A stretch of DNA of 64,000 nt from an uncultured Candidatus Saccharibacteria bacterium (GTDB taxonomy: Bacteria; Patescibacteriota; CPR2; UBA1875; CAIMLA01): positions 9,346 to 73,345 of the forward strand of contig CAZEFH010000001.1 in the NCBI GenBank assembly GCA_964511435.1. Reading direction: 5' to 3'. Below, in pieces: positions 1 to 9,747 of the stretch. A model generated the notes under the pieces. That model ran no database searches, was not told where the DNA came from, and saw only the letters and a list, made by a program, of their open reading frames with translations. A program made the translations under genes and the position numbers. The stretch's first letter is position 1. Every line of letters begins with the position of its first letter.

Positions 1-618
1 TGGTGTGCCAAAACCCTCAACCACTCCAAGATTTGGCACGACTGTCGTAAACTGATAGTCTGCAATCTTGGGTTTTGCTGCTGAAATTACGGAAAGTAAA
101 GTAGATTTACCAATGTTTGGCAGTCCTACCAGCGCCACGTCGGCTACTAGCTTTAGTTCAAGGCGCAGTGGCAATTCTTCGCCCTTTGTGCCAAGTTCGG
201 CGAACCTAGGTGTCTGGCGAGTGGATGAAGTAAAGTGAGCGTTACCAAAGCCACCTTCGCCACCACGAGCAACAACAGCCTCGGCGCCATCATGGTCAAG
301 ATCGGCAATTACCTTGCCCGTTTCAGCATGATATACGGTAGTTCCTACTGGAACATCAACAATTAGATCCATTCCATCGCGACCGTGCTTTCTTCTACCC
401 TTTCCCTGTTCTCCAGGTTCAGCCTTCAAGTGTCGGTTAGTTTTATAAAAGTAAAGAGTATTCCAGCTAGGATTTACGCGAAAGATAACATTACCACCGT
501 TTCCGCCATCACCGCCATCTGGACCTCCGAATTCGCGATATTTTTCATGCAAAAAACTAAGCGACCCGTCGCCGCCATTTCCCGCCTTGATATTTATCTC
601 AACCTTGTCACAAAACAT
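1..618 (-). CDS. obg: GTPase Obg/CgtA, 3'-partial (C-terminus runs off the window start)
   Basis: Minus-strand translation from the ATG at 618 gives [44 protein letters not shown]... (glycine-rich Obg fold) then the GTPase G1 motif [11 protein letters not shown]; AGGAAG RBS upstream. Not in the ORF track as a single ORF because it is truncated. Confidence 0.85.
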   Translation of the reverse strand, partial: MFCDKVEINIKAGNGGDGSLSFLHEKYREFGGPDGGDGGNGGNVIFRVNPSWNTLYFYKTNRHLKAEPGEQGKGRRKHGRDGMDLIVDVPVGTTVYHAETGKVIADLDHDGAEAVVARGGEGGFGNAHFTSSTRQTPRFAELGTKGEELPLRLELKLVADVALVGLPNIGKSTLLSVISAAKPKIADYQFTTVVPNLGVVEGFGTP

Positions 619-685
619 AAGAAAAATAACTTCCTATTAGAAAGTTATTTTAGCACAAAAATGTATTTTTGTCACCACTTCGGCT

Positions 686-2014
686 CTATCCGCTACAGCC
701 ACCGAAGTAGTTACATGGGTTCTGCTGAGAGCCGCCCAATAAAATCTCAAAGTGTAGATGAGTACCTGTAGAACGACCCGTACTACCCATATACCCTATT
801 ACCTGCCCCTTGGAGACATAGCCGTCAAGAATCTCCAGACTGGACATATGGCCATAGCGAGTAAAGTAACCGTTTCCATGGTCTATGAGAATAGTATTAC
901 CGAATCCGCCGTTCCAGCCATATTTAGCCTCCACAATCCGCCCCGAATCAGATGCATATATTGGAGTACCGTAACCACCAGGAATATCTATTGCCCAGTA
1001 GTGATAGCCATTGTAATACCCTTCTGCATTAACCGTTGGGAAAATGAAGTTGCCATTGCCGAACTGGGCAGTTGAGCTGCCACTACTACCCCCCGACCCA
1101 TAATTATCTTCACTACTGCTTGTGGTGGTCTCTACTGGCTTCGGTGCTTCTGGAATTGCGCCATCTGGTATCAAAAGCTGCATACCGTCAGAAATATCTA
1201 CACCCTCGAGGTTGTTAGTCGACACAATGACTGACTCCGTCACCTCAAACTGTGTAGCAATTCCAGCAAGAGTGTCGCCAGTCTTCACTGTATAAAGCAC
1301 CCCTGTCACTGGCAAGATTGTAAGCTCGACTCCCGGTTTGATATCATCAACATTCTCAATGTTGTTTGCATATCTTATAGTATCGGTCGAGATACCGAAC
1401 TTAGCAGCGATAGTAGATAGAGTGTCACCTGCCTGGACTACGTATTTCTTTATTTCCTTGGTTGAACCTATGGCCGTAGGGCTAACACCAAGTATTGGTA
1501 TCGTTGATATTGAATCTATAGTTGTTCCAAGCATATTGTATTGATTATTAAGTTTATCGGCGACAGTGGCGGCATCAGCACCAAGCTGTCTGCTATGCCA
1601 TCCGGCAATAGTCGCTACTACGTCTGCTTCGAGTACGCGCTGCCTTTCTTCTGAGATATAGGTCGTCTTTGTTTTGTTCTCTGTGGTCGTCAGCATCAAC
1701 GGGTTTACCTTTTGTTCCTGGGTATCAAGTGAAAAAGTTGAAAAACCACTAAAGAGTGCGAGAGCAATCACCATCATAATAGAAAGATGAGAGATGTCAG
1801 ATAGCGGACGCTTGAAAGTCGCGGTAATCTTGCGACGCGCACCAAAAATTCCCTTCTTTGCAGCTAGGGCCTTTTCACTGGTTTCTTCGATTATTGCAGG
1901 AGCTGCCTTACGGGCTCCTTTATGTAAGCGACTAAATGTCTTTACTACTCCGGAGGTAACATTTCTGATCCATCCGGTTAGTCTCTTTGTGTGAGTAGCG
2001 ATACCCACCTCCAA
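686..2014 (-). CDS. LysM-repeat peptidoglycan hydrolase with C-terminal M23 (LytM) peptidase domain
   Basis: Two or more LysM-like repeats (YVVQAGDTLSTIAAKFGIS, YTVKTGDTLAGIATQF) and M23 signature GNTILIDHGNGYFTRYGHM...GSTGRSTGTHLHFEI; N-terminal TM segment. True start may be internal to the track ORF. Confidence 0.8.
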   Translation of the reverse strand: MEVGIATHTKRLTGWIRNVTSGVVKTFSRLHKGARKAAPAIIEETSEKALAAKKGIFGARRKITATFKRPLSDISHLSIMMVIALALFSGFSTFSLDTQEQKVNPLMLTTTENKTKTTYISEERQRVLEADVVATIAGWHSRQLGADAATVADKLNNQYNMLGTTIDSISTIPILGVSPTAIGSTKEIKKYVVQAGDTLSTIAAKFGISTDTIRYANNIENVDDIKPGVELTILPVTGVLYTVKTGDTLAGIATQFEVTESVIVSTNNLEGVDISDGMQLLIPDGAIPEAPKPVETTTSSSEDNYGSGGSSGSSTAQFGNGNFIFPTVNAEGYYNGYHYWAIDIPGGYGTPIYASDSGRIVEAKYGWNGGFGNTILIDHGNGYFTRYGHMSSLEILDGYVSKGQVIGYMGSTGRSTGTHLHFEILLGGSQQNPCNYFGGCSG

Positions 2015-2061
2015 AACTTAAAACAGCTAATATTTTACTTGGTATCGTAGTCAGAGTCAAG

Positions 2062-3105
2062 CTAACGTAAGTACTTCTCGACCAGGGCATTGTGCTCATC
2101 AAGTGTCTTTGCATAGTACATTTGTGAGTCAGCAGCGATAAAGTAACGAAAATCCGTAATCTCTGGGTAGAGAACCGCCGTGATAGAATCTAGCCCGGGG
2201 TTACAAATCGGTCCGACAGGTAAACCGTCAATCTTATAGGTATTATAGGGTGATTCTAGCTCAAGATCGACGGCCGTTAGATCCTTGCGGTCTTCACCAA
2301 GAGCGTAAGCAACCGTGACATCAGACTGCAACCTCATTCCCTCGTTTAACCGGGAAATAAAAATACCCGCAACCACCTTACGGTCAGCTGGCTTATCAGC
2401 CTCTCTTTCCACCACTGAAGCTAGTACAATAGTTTTATAGAGACCTAGCCCTGATTTTCCCGCCACGGCGCGCATATCAGCGGTAATTCGTTTGTCAAAA
2501 TTAGAAAGCATCATCTGCACGATACTATCTGCAGTTGATGTTACTGAGACCTGATAAGTATCGGGGAAAAGGAACCCCTCGAGATCTACATTGTCTGGTT
2601 TTTGTTTCAGGAATTCGTAATCATATCTTTTCTTTGTAGCCGCAGTAAAGTCTTTCGCCTCTACTATTCCCTTATCCTCGAGGTAGTTACCGATATCTTT
2701 AATAGTCCAGCCCTCAGGTATGGTAATTGTTCGACTTGCTATCTTACCCTTGCTCAAAATATCTGCAATTGTAAGCGGTGTCATGGATGCAGATAGATTA
2801 TAATCACCAGCCTGAATATTGCCAGAAAGTCCAGAGACCTTCATATAAACCATAAACATGATATCGCTCGATATTATCTTATTCTTCTCTAGATTACTCG
2901 AAATCACCCGGAGGCCATCGCCGTTTACCACCGTGAAACGCTGCTCGGAAGCAGTTTTTGCCTTCGGAGTATGTATAAAATAGTCAAAAACAGCAACAGT
3001 AAATATCGCTATCGTTACCAGAGAAACAAGACTTATGGTTAACCACATAATCCATTTATGAGCAGCGAAATATTTACCCATATTCTGTATAAAGTTATTA
3101 TTCAA
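2062..3105 (-). CDS. mltG: Endolytic murein transglycosylase MltG (YceG family)
   Basis: N-terminal TM helix, YceG-like core (TIPEGWT, VVAGIFISRLNEGMRLQSDVTVAYAL). Confidence 0.8.
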   Translation of the reverse strand: MNNNFIQNMGKYFAAHKWIMWLTISLVSLVTIAIFTVAVFDYFIHTPKAKTASEQRFTVVNGDGLRVISSNLEKNKIISSDIMFMVYMKVSGLSGNIQAGDYNLSASMTPLTIADILSKGKIASRTITIPEGWTIKDIGNYLEDKGIVEAKDFTAATKKRYDYEFLKQKPDNVDLEGFLFPDTYQVSVTSTADSIVQMMLSNFDKRITADMRAVAGKSGLGLYKTIVLASVVEREADKPADRKVVAGIFISRLNEGMRLQSDVTVAYALGEDRKDLTAVDLELESPYNTYKIDGLPVGPICNPGLDSITAVLYPEITDFRYFIAADSQMYYAKTLDEHNALVEKYLR

Positions 3106-3508
3106 GACGTTTCCTTTCCATATAACTCTCGAGAATTACACAAGCCGCCATCGCATCGGTATCACCTTTTTCACGGTTCTTGTCACCTATCTCTGAGAGT
3201 CTACGTTCTGCCTCCTTCGAGGTCAAGACTTCATTCTCAAAATCTAGCGTAGTACCGGGGAACGCTTCTCTCAATTCATTTATAAAGTTCTTTACATCCG
3301 CAGCCTGAGATCCTAGCCCACCACTAGGAAGATATGGCATCCCGATTACCAATACATCTGGCTGTTCCATCTCTATCATTGTCCTTATTTCGGGCAAAGC
3401 CTTTTCACGAAGAAAATGACCTTTAGGAGAAGCGATGATGCCCAGATCATCACTTGCGGCCACACCAATTCTCCTTTCCCCTACATCTAGAGCAATATAT
3501 TTTGACAC
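3098..3508 (-). CDS. ruvX: Holliday-junction resolvase-like RuvX/YqgF
   Basis: MSKYIALDVGERRIGVAASD... RNase H-fold YqgF signature; about 136 aa. Confidence 0.85.
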   Translation of the reverse strand: MSKYIALDVGERRIGVAASDDLGIIASPKGHFLREKALPEIRTMIEMEQPDVLVIGMPYLPSGGLGSQAADVKNFINELREAFPGTTLDFENEVLTSKEAERRLSEIGDKNREKGDTDAMAACVILESYMERKRLE

Positions 3509-5154
3509 TATTTCCTCGAACTATCTGAAGCGGTTATTACTAGATAGATATTATTTTTTATTCTAGGGAAGCTCCTAACAAATGGTGGGAAGTATTCTAG
3601 CTTAGTACTATCTACTCCATCGAGAGACTGGAGGTAATTTGCGGCTTGAGTATTATTTAGCCCGGTTAACTCCGCTTTAATCTTGGACTCATCGAGCTTC
3701 ACTGATGTATAGGCCGTGGTAGATACAGCTCCAGATATTTTGCCTGTTTCTAGATTACTACTATCAACCTTAAGTTCTAGTGTCGATGAACCGTCATCAA
3801 CAATAGTGAGAGTCGATCCAAGCTGCCTGTTCACCTCTGCCTTTACAAGCTCTGAGAGGTCCTTCAGACTCACCGCGACTGCCTTCACCGACAGCTTTAC
3901 GGTTATTTCAAAATTATCACCCTCATCTCCAACCTTCGGAATCGCAGTCGCTGAAGTAACTTCGGTTTTCTTACTATCTTCAATTACCTTGAGTTCACTG
4001 GACTTGGTCGCAAACTCGGCTGTCGCTTCATTAGTAGCCTCCTTTGATAATGATTCCTTGGCATTATCAAAGTCACTTTGGGAAACGACCTTTACCTGCT
4101 TGGTCGTACCGCCAGAAATAGCAGTTTTCGATGATACGTCAGGAACAGGATCATTAAGAGCGCTAAATGTCTTACCGACACCTACATTGTATTTTTCACC
4201 AGGGTTTACAGCTGTAACGCTTACAGACTGAACAGAGCCAGGCGCAAGGGTTACAGCAGTATCGGTAGTATAGATTAGGCTCGAATCTGAGCCAAGAGAA
4301 ATTCTAGTTCCGGAAATCCATGTACGAGCTGCATTGGCTGAGGACAGATAAATTTCAATTGTACCAGTCGCCTTTGTCCCTGCGTCCTTAGTACCAGTAG
4401 CCTCAAACTTCTTACTACTCTCCTTTGTCGCCTCAACTATTTGTGTTGGCACGACTGCTTTCTCAGTATCAAGGTTAGCGTCTTTATCGCCAGCGATATT
4501 GATATTCACCATCTTGCTCTCAGCCTTCATATAGATAGTTGCCTTGGCCCGTGGCAAATAGATGTAAGCAAGAATAAGCAGAAATACTACTGGAATACCA
4601 CCAAAAAGTAAAACTTTCTTCCAAGGAAACTTTGGCATCAAGTTATCAGACTTCTTCTTTGGTGCTGCAAGATCATATTCTCCATCGGCTCCTTCTTCGA
4701 GTGAAACGGATTCAAACTCAGCATCTTGCTCATCCTCTGACCCCTCGGTGATAGTGATCTCTTCTGGTTCTTCAGTAACCACTGGAGCTACAGGTGGCTT
4801 TTCACCAATAACTTCACTAGTAGCTAGGAGCGGATCTGCCTCACGGACCGACGCCTCCTTTACTGCTGGCACCTCAGGAACTGCTGATAAACCGTGGATA
4901 TTACTAGCCGCTGCTATGCCAATCTTTTCTGCCAGTGTTCGCGCGACCTTATCACCAGTCACTATCGAAATAGTCTTCGAGAGCTCATCTGCTTTCCGCT
5001 TGATAAGTTTGAGATTCACGACGCTTTGAGAAATACTAGCACCCTTAGGAACCACGAGAACAATGTTCGAATACTCAGTTTTGCGTATTTTTTCTATAAC
5101 AGAGGTAATCTCTTCATCAACCTCAAGATAAATTGTCTTTGGACTCACAGCCAT
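3508..5154 (-). CDS. Hypothetical bitopic membrane protein with a cytoplasmic N-domain and a Ser/Thr-rich extracytoplasmic domain
   Basis: 548-aa ORF with one TM helix (VLLFGGIPVVFLLILAYIYL) after a roughly 175-aa N-terminal domain and low-complexity S/T/A/V-rich C-terminal region; translationally adjacent to the upstream FtsA-like gene (stop/start 5154/5156). Confidence 0.55.
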   Translation of the reverse strand: MAVSPKTIYLEVDEEITSVIEKIRKTEYSNIVLVVPKGASISQSVVNLKLIKRKADELSKTISIVTGDKVARTLAEKIGIAAASNIHGLSAVPEVPAVKEASVREADPLLATSEVIGEKPPVAPVVTEEPEEITITEGSEDEQDAEFESVSLEEGADGEYDLAAPKKKSDNLMPKFPWKKVLLFGGIPVVFLLILAYIYLPRAKATIYMKAESKMVNINIAGDKDANLDTEKAVVPTQIVEATKESSKKFEATGTKDAGTKATGTIEIYLSSANAARTWISGTRISLGSDSSLIYTTDTAVTLAPGSVQSVSVTAVNPGEKYNVGVGKTFSALNDPVPDVSSKTAISGGTTKQVKVVSQSDFDNAKESLSKEATNEATAEFATKSSELKVIEDSKKTEVTSATAIPKVGDEGDNFEITVKLSVKAVAVSLKDLSELVKAEVNRQLGSTLTIVDDGSSTLELKVDSSNLETGKISGAVSTTAYTSVKLDESKIKAELTGLNNTQAANYLQSLDGVDSTKLEYFPPFVRSFPRIKNNIYLVITASDSSRK

Positions 5155-5155
5155 A

Positions 5156-6415
5156 CTAGCTCATGCTCCTTACAATCTTATTCAATATTCCTGGAAGTAC
5201 TTCGTCTTCGACATCCATATCCACCACCAAGCTACCCAGACCCATCGGTGTAATATCTTGTTGGTCTTTGATATGACCAGTCTCATCTACCATATTTACT
5301 ACTTCAGATGGCTTAATAAAGCTAATCTTTGGCTTCTTTGCAAATGGAAGGTCCTTATACCAGTCACTACCATCAAGGGCTTTTTTAATCTCTGGCAGGG
5401 CCGCACCACCGCCACAGAGTAATATGCGCGATGGCAATGAATCTACTTCAGAAAACTCAGAAAGACTGAGTTCTACCCCCGAAAGCCATACTTCAGCATC
5501 AAGCTCGAGCGATGCACGGACTTTTTCACTATCCTCTTTTTCTAGCTGATCTGTCGCATAGGCAATTTTGATTTCCTCAGCCTTCGCAAACGGAACATTA
5601 AACGACTGCGCTACACGCTTCGTGAAGCTACGACCACCAATGGCAAACATCTTTGTTCCCTCGAGGCCACCGTTGCGTACCACGGCAATATCGCTAGTAC
5701 CACCACCAATATCGATAAATATCGCCGAAAACTCTCCTGCCTCGTCCACACCGACCGACTTCGCTACCGCGTATGGCTCAGCCGCAATACTGATGAGCTC
5801 CAGTCCTAGATCGGCTGCAATGGTCTGCAGCGCTCCCAGATGTACCATTGGTGCAAAAGCATTGAAAATGCCGATTTGAACGTCCTTGCCCTGAAATCCG
5901 ACCGGGTTGGTCACCTTATAACCATCTATTTTGACATCGACAATGGAGGCCGAAACTAGCTTCACGTCTAGTGCCTGCTGGCCTGTTTCCCAAGCCAGCT
6001 GCTCGCGTGCAGCGTCAAAAGCCTTCCACTGGACCTTATTTACAATATTTTTTAGCTCTGCGAGATCAATCTTCTTGGTTGGATTCAGACGTTCATAGTG
6101 AACTGTAGTGGTAGTCCCCTTCACGAGCTCCCCGGCGATACCGATAATACATTCATCTGCTACCACGCCACTCATTTCCTCCGCCTGATCTAGTGCCCTT
6201 GAGCAGTTCTCTACCACCCCGGCAATATCGGTCACAGTCCCACCATGCATATCACCGAGTCGCTGACGTGCCCTGCCAGTACCCACAATAATGCCCTTAC
6301 CGTCCTCGATCTTAAAAATAAGAGCCTTAACAAACTCGGTACCAATGTCGAGTGAGACATAGTGTGGCACCTTAGGCTCTTTTGTGGTCTTCAGTTTTTC
6401 AAGAATGTTCTTCAT
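5156..6415 (-). CDS. Actin-fold ATPase, FtsA-like (FtsA/PilM superfamily)
   Basis: Phosphate-1 motif VSLDIGTEFVKALIF, phosphate-2 IFIDIGGGTSDIAVV, AIGGRSFT, AEEIKIAY, matching the FtsA pattern (IDIGGGTTDIAV / IPVGG / AEEIKI). No ftsZ in the window. Confidence 0.7.
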   Translation of the reverse strand: MKNILEKLKTTKEPKVPHYVSLDIGTEFVKALIFKIEDGKGIIVGTGRARQRLGDMHGGTVTDIAGVVENCSRALDQAEEMSGVVADECIIGIAGELVKGTTTTVHYERLNPTKKIDLAELKNIVNKVQWKAFDAAREQLAWETGQQALDVKLVSASIVDVKIDGYKVTNPVGFQGKDVQIGIFNAFAPMVHLGALQTIAADLGLELISIAAEPYAVAKSVGVDEAGEFSAIFIDIGGGTSDIAVVRNGGLEGTKMFAIGGRSFTKRVAQSFNVPFAKAEEIKIAYATDQLEKEDSEKVRASLELDAEVWLSGVELSLSEFSEVDSLPSRILLCGGGAALPEIKKALDGSDWYKDLPFAKKPKISFIKPSEVVNMVDETGHIKDQQDITPMGLGSLVVDMDVEDEVLPGILNKIVRSMS

Positions 6416-6466
6416 AACCCTCTCGTACTATTCTAGTGTACAAGCCAAGAATATTCAACTGATACC

Positions 6467-6949
6467 CTAAAATAACAGGTCGAGACCGACAATCTCTAGA
6501 TTCGTATTTCCACTCGGCAGAGCTATCTCCACCGTGTCCCCAAGCCTGTGCCCCAGAAGCGCCTTCCCCACAGGACTTTCCGGCGTCACGGCTAGCACTC
6601 CCTTAGGTAGTTTCTTGTCCAGCTCCGCAAGAGTCAAGTAATATTTTGAGGTCTTTCCAGTCTCGTCACTTACTGTAACCAATGAGTAGTGGTTAATGCT
6701 CTCACCACTAATCTCACTCTGTTCAACTTGCTGGTATTTATCAAATATTCTCTTTAGAAAGTCGATGCTCTGCTGTAAGTTTTTCATATCCAGATGCACG
6801 GCCGCATATTCAGGGCTAGAAGCTGGGAATGAACCAGTCCTACTCATAGCATCGCCAAGTCCAAGGCCAAGCTGAGAGAGCTTCGCTTCCTTTTCATTAA
6901 TTCTTTTTCTTAGAAATTCGCCGTCTTCTGTGGTGAGAAACAGCTTCAT
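6467..6949 (-). CDS. greA: Transcription elongation factor GreA
   Basis: N-terminal coiled coil plus C-terminal FKBP-like domain (VSDETGKTSKYYLT...LLGHRLGDTVEI); 160 aa. Confidence 0.8.
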   Translation of the reverse strand: MKLFLTTEDGEFLRKRINEKEAKLSQLGLGLGDAMSRTGSFPASSPEYAAVHLDMKNLQQSIDFLKRIFDKYQQVEQSEISGESINHYSLVTVSDETGKTSKYYLTLAELDKKLPKGVLAVTPESPVGKALLGHRLGDTVEIALPSGNTNLEIVGLDLLF

Positions 6950-6951
6950 TA

Positions 6952-8835
6952 TTACTCCAGAACAGCTTTTATTCGCCTTACTCCAGAGGAGCTGGACTCC
7001 TCCTTTTTGATGCGGAATTTACCAAGTTCACTGGTATTCTTTACGTGCGGCCCACCACATATCTCTTTCGAGAATGCATCTGTTGAATATAGGTCTCCAC
7101 CGATAGTATATACTTTTACCTTTTCACCATATTTAGAATCAAAAATACCTGTAGCCCCATTACCCTTTGCGTCCTCTACTGTCGTAATAGTTTCAAACAC
7201 TGGTAAATGAGAATTAATTTTGTCATTCACCATTTCTTCGACAGCTTGTTTTTGAACGTCAGTTAGCTTGTCTGGATGAGAAAAATCAAAACGAATTCTC
7301 TCTGATGTGATATTCGCACCACGCTGGCTAACATGTGGCCCTAGAATTCGACGAAGCGCCTCAAGCATCAAATGAGCGGCAGTGTGATAGCGAACTGTTT
7401 GCTCTGAAGTATCCCCTAGGCCGCCTTTGAATTTCTTTTCAGCGCCTTTACGTGATAAATTTTGGTGTTCGGAAAATTCTTTATCAAATTCTGCTTTTAT
7501 TTCGTTAATCTTGTCCGCATCAAATTTGGGGTCTTTAGATAATTCTTCAATCGTCATTTCGTATGGAAACCCATAAGTTTGAAACATATGAAATGCTAAG
7601 CTTTTCTCAAATTTATTGCCCGATAACGATTGCTCACGTCCCTTTTCAAATACCTTTAACCCATTCTCAAGCGTTTTATTAAACTTCTCTTCTTCCTTTT
7701 CCAACGCTGCATAAATAAATTGTTCATTTTCCTGAAGAAGCGGATATACTTTGCCCATTTTCGCGACCACTTCACGGGCAACAGATGAAGTAAATAACCC
7801 GGATATCTCCAAGTTCCGTCCATGACGAATTGCCCGGCGAATCAATCTACGAACTATATAGCCGCGATCGATATTTGAGGGCTCCACGCCTTCGGCAAGC
7901 ACAAAAGTAGCGGCTCTCAAATGGTCAGCTACTATCCTCATCGATTTCATGGTTTCCAGCCAGCAATCAGGCATAGTCTCATAGCCCAAGTCTCCAGGTG
8001 TAAATTCATATTTCTTTTTTGAAAGCTCTTCAATTTTGCCAATGATTGGCTGGAAAAGGTCAGTTTCAAACACAGAGCTTTTCTTTTGAGCAAACATCAA
8101 TTGTCTTTCTAATCCAATACCAACATCTACATTCTTCTGCTCTAGCTTCTCAAATTTACCTTCAGCATTCTTAAAGTACTCCATGAAGACATTGTTACCA
8201 ATCTCCACATACTTATCACAGTCACATGCAGGATCACAACTAGGACTACATTTTGGCAATCCAGTATCGATAAACATCTCTGTATCTGGCCCGCATGGTC
8301 CAGTCTCTGCCGCTGGTCCCCACCAGTTCTCTTTTTTGTCATATTTATAGATTCTATCTGCCGGAATTCCGATCTCATCTTTCCAGGTATTGTATGACTC
8401 TTCGTCAAACGGAGCGTCGTCATCACCTGCAAAAACTGAGATAGATATCTTGTCTTTATCAAAACCCAACACTTTCGTATAAAAATCAAACGTGTAGCGG
8501 ATCGATTCCTTCTTAAAATAATCACCGAGTGACCAATACCCAAGCATTTCAAAGAATGTCAGGTGACAGGTATCTCCGACTTCATCAATGTCTTTAGTCC
8601 TGAGACAAATCTGAGAATCAACTAGTCTCTTGCCAAGTGGGTGCCTCTCGCCCATCAAATATGGTACTAAAGGGTGCATACCGGCTGTCGTAAATAGTAC
8701 TGACGGGTCATTCTCCGGCACTACGGGATATGAAGGAATCGGCGCGTGGCCACTTTCTTTCATAAAATCAATAAATTTTTGTCTTAGTTGTTCTGAAGTC
8801 ATATTATATTTTTTACGAATTTCACTTATTGTCAT
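6952..8835 (-). CDS. alaS: Alanine--tRNA ligase, short form (catalytic plus editing domains, no C-Ala domain)
   Basis: LFTTAGMHPLVPY class-II AlaRS core; editing-domain HTAAHLMLEAL...CGGPHV; only 627 aa versus about 870 for full-length bacterial AlaRS. Confidence 0.9.
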   Translation of the reverse strand: MTISEIRKKYNMTSEQLRQKFIDFMKESGHAPIPSYPVVPENDPSVLFTTAGMHPLVPYLMGERHPLGKRLVDSQICLRTKDIDEVGDTCHLTFFEMLGYWSLGDYFKKESIRYTFDFYTKVLGFDKDKISISVFAGDDDAPFDEESYNTWKDEIGIPADRIYKYDKKENWWGPAAETGPCGPDTEMFIDTGLPKCSPSCDPACDCDKYVEIGNNVFMEYFKNAEGKFEKLEQKNVDVGIGLERQLMFAQKKSSVFETDLFQPIIGKIEELSKKKYEFTPGDLGYETMPDCWLETMKSMRIVADHLRAATFVLAEGVEPSNIDRGYIVRRLIRRAIRHGRNLEISGLFTSSVAREVVAKMGKVYPLLQENEQFIYAALEKEEEKFNKTLENGLKVFEKGREQSLSGNKFEKSLAFHMFQTYGFPYEMTIEELSKDPKFDADKINEIKAEFDKEFSEHQNLSRKGAEKKFKGGLGDTSEQTVRYHTAAHLMLEALRRILGPHVSQRGANITSERIRFDFSHPDKLTDVQKQAVEEMVNDKINSHLPVFETITTVEDAKGNGATGIFDSKYGEKVKVYTIGGDLYSTDAFSKEICGGPHVKNTSELGKFRIKKEESSSSGVRRIKAVLE

Positions 8836-9084
8836 AAGGGTATTTTAGCAGTAAAACGCTCTTATCTCAATACACGAAAGTCCTTTCGGACGGGCGCCCT
8901 TAGGCGCCCGTCCGGCCTAGACCACTCGGGACCAGCGCTTCCGAGCAGCAAGGTTCACGCAGGCGCGCCTGAAGCGCCGCCTCTGATCACCCGACAAACC
9001 ACCGATGTTGTCTCGATAGAACTTCTTGAGTTCCTTCCGAGTCCGAACCATTCGAAGACGAAACCACAGCATACAGCTGCCTCC

Positions 9085-9555
9085 CTAGTCGATGAGCCCC
9101 TTTTCTTGGAGCTCCCTTACTTCTTCCATGGAATAGCGAATGCTCGGCTCAAACTCAGCAATTCGAGCTAGAAGCTGTTGCTTTCCAGGATATCTAGACG
9201 GAACAGACTTGAGAGTCTTACGAAGCCGAATGACTTCATTTCGTGCCTCAAGCCCCTCCAGTCGCCAAATCAGAACAAAGCACTCGCGAACGTACTGGAT
9301 TCTCTGGTGATAAGCCGCTTCTCGCTTCCGACGCTTTGCCTCCTCCGGGTCTGCCTTGACGATAGCTTGCGGACCCAGAACCTCGATCCGTGATTGCTGA
9401 TCACGTTGACGTATGGCCGTAGCAACTCTCTGTGACTCTTCTCGACTATACCACGGGAAGTCGTTACTCACTCCCGTAAGGGTGCGCGTCCCCATATGAG
9501 GGAAGCAGTGAAACCCTCTTGTGCCGGCTCCGATGGTCGTTGAAACATCGATCAT
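9085..9555 (-). CDS. Hypothetical protein (156 aa) in GC-rich island
   Basis: Intact ORF with strong RBS (GGTAAGGAGGGAGC-ATG) and promoter-like TCGACA-N15-TATAAA upstream; markedly higher G+C than flanking genes; basic/charged composition; no family recognised. Confidence 0.55.
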   Translation of the reverse strand: MIDVSTTIGAGTRGFHCFPHMGTRTLTGVSNDFPWYSREESQRVATAIRQRDQQSRIEVLGPQAIVKADPEEAKRRKREAAYHQRIQYVRECFVLIWRLEGLEARNEVIRLRKTLKSVPSRYPGKQQLLARIAEFEPSIRYSMEEVRELQEKGLID

Positions 9556-9747
9556 TAGCTTCCCTCCTTACCAGACTCGCCTGCTGACTTGTCTCACGGG
9601 CATTTTATAGCAAAATCGACGTCTTGTCGATGCTTTTATAAGGACGAAGGCCACGCGCGCTAATGATGCACGGTGGCCTTCAGTTTGCGGCATAGCCGCT
9701 ACCTACAAACGATGTCTTTCCTGACATAGAACGGGTGCGCCCCCTCA

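Noticed and set aside
385-771. 128-aa plus-strand ORF
   Set aside because: Antisense shadow of obg and of the LysM/M23 gene start; no RBS.
3716-5253. Plus-strand ORFs (171, 93, 119 aa) inside the 548-aa minus-strand gene
   Set aside because: Low-complexity antisense frames of a Ser/Thr-rich gene; no independent support.
9178-9393. 71-aa plus-strand ORF inside the GC-rich island
   Set aside because: Antisense to the better-supported 156-aa gene, no RBS.
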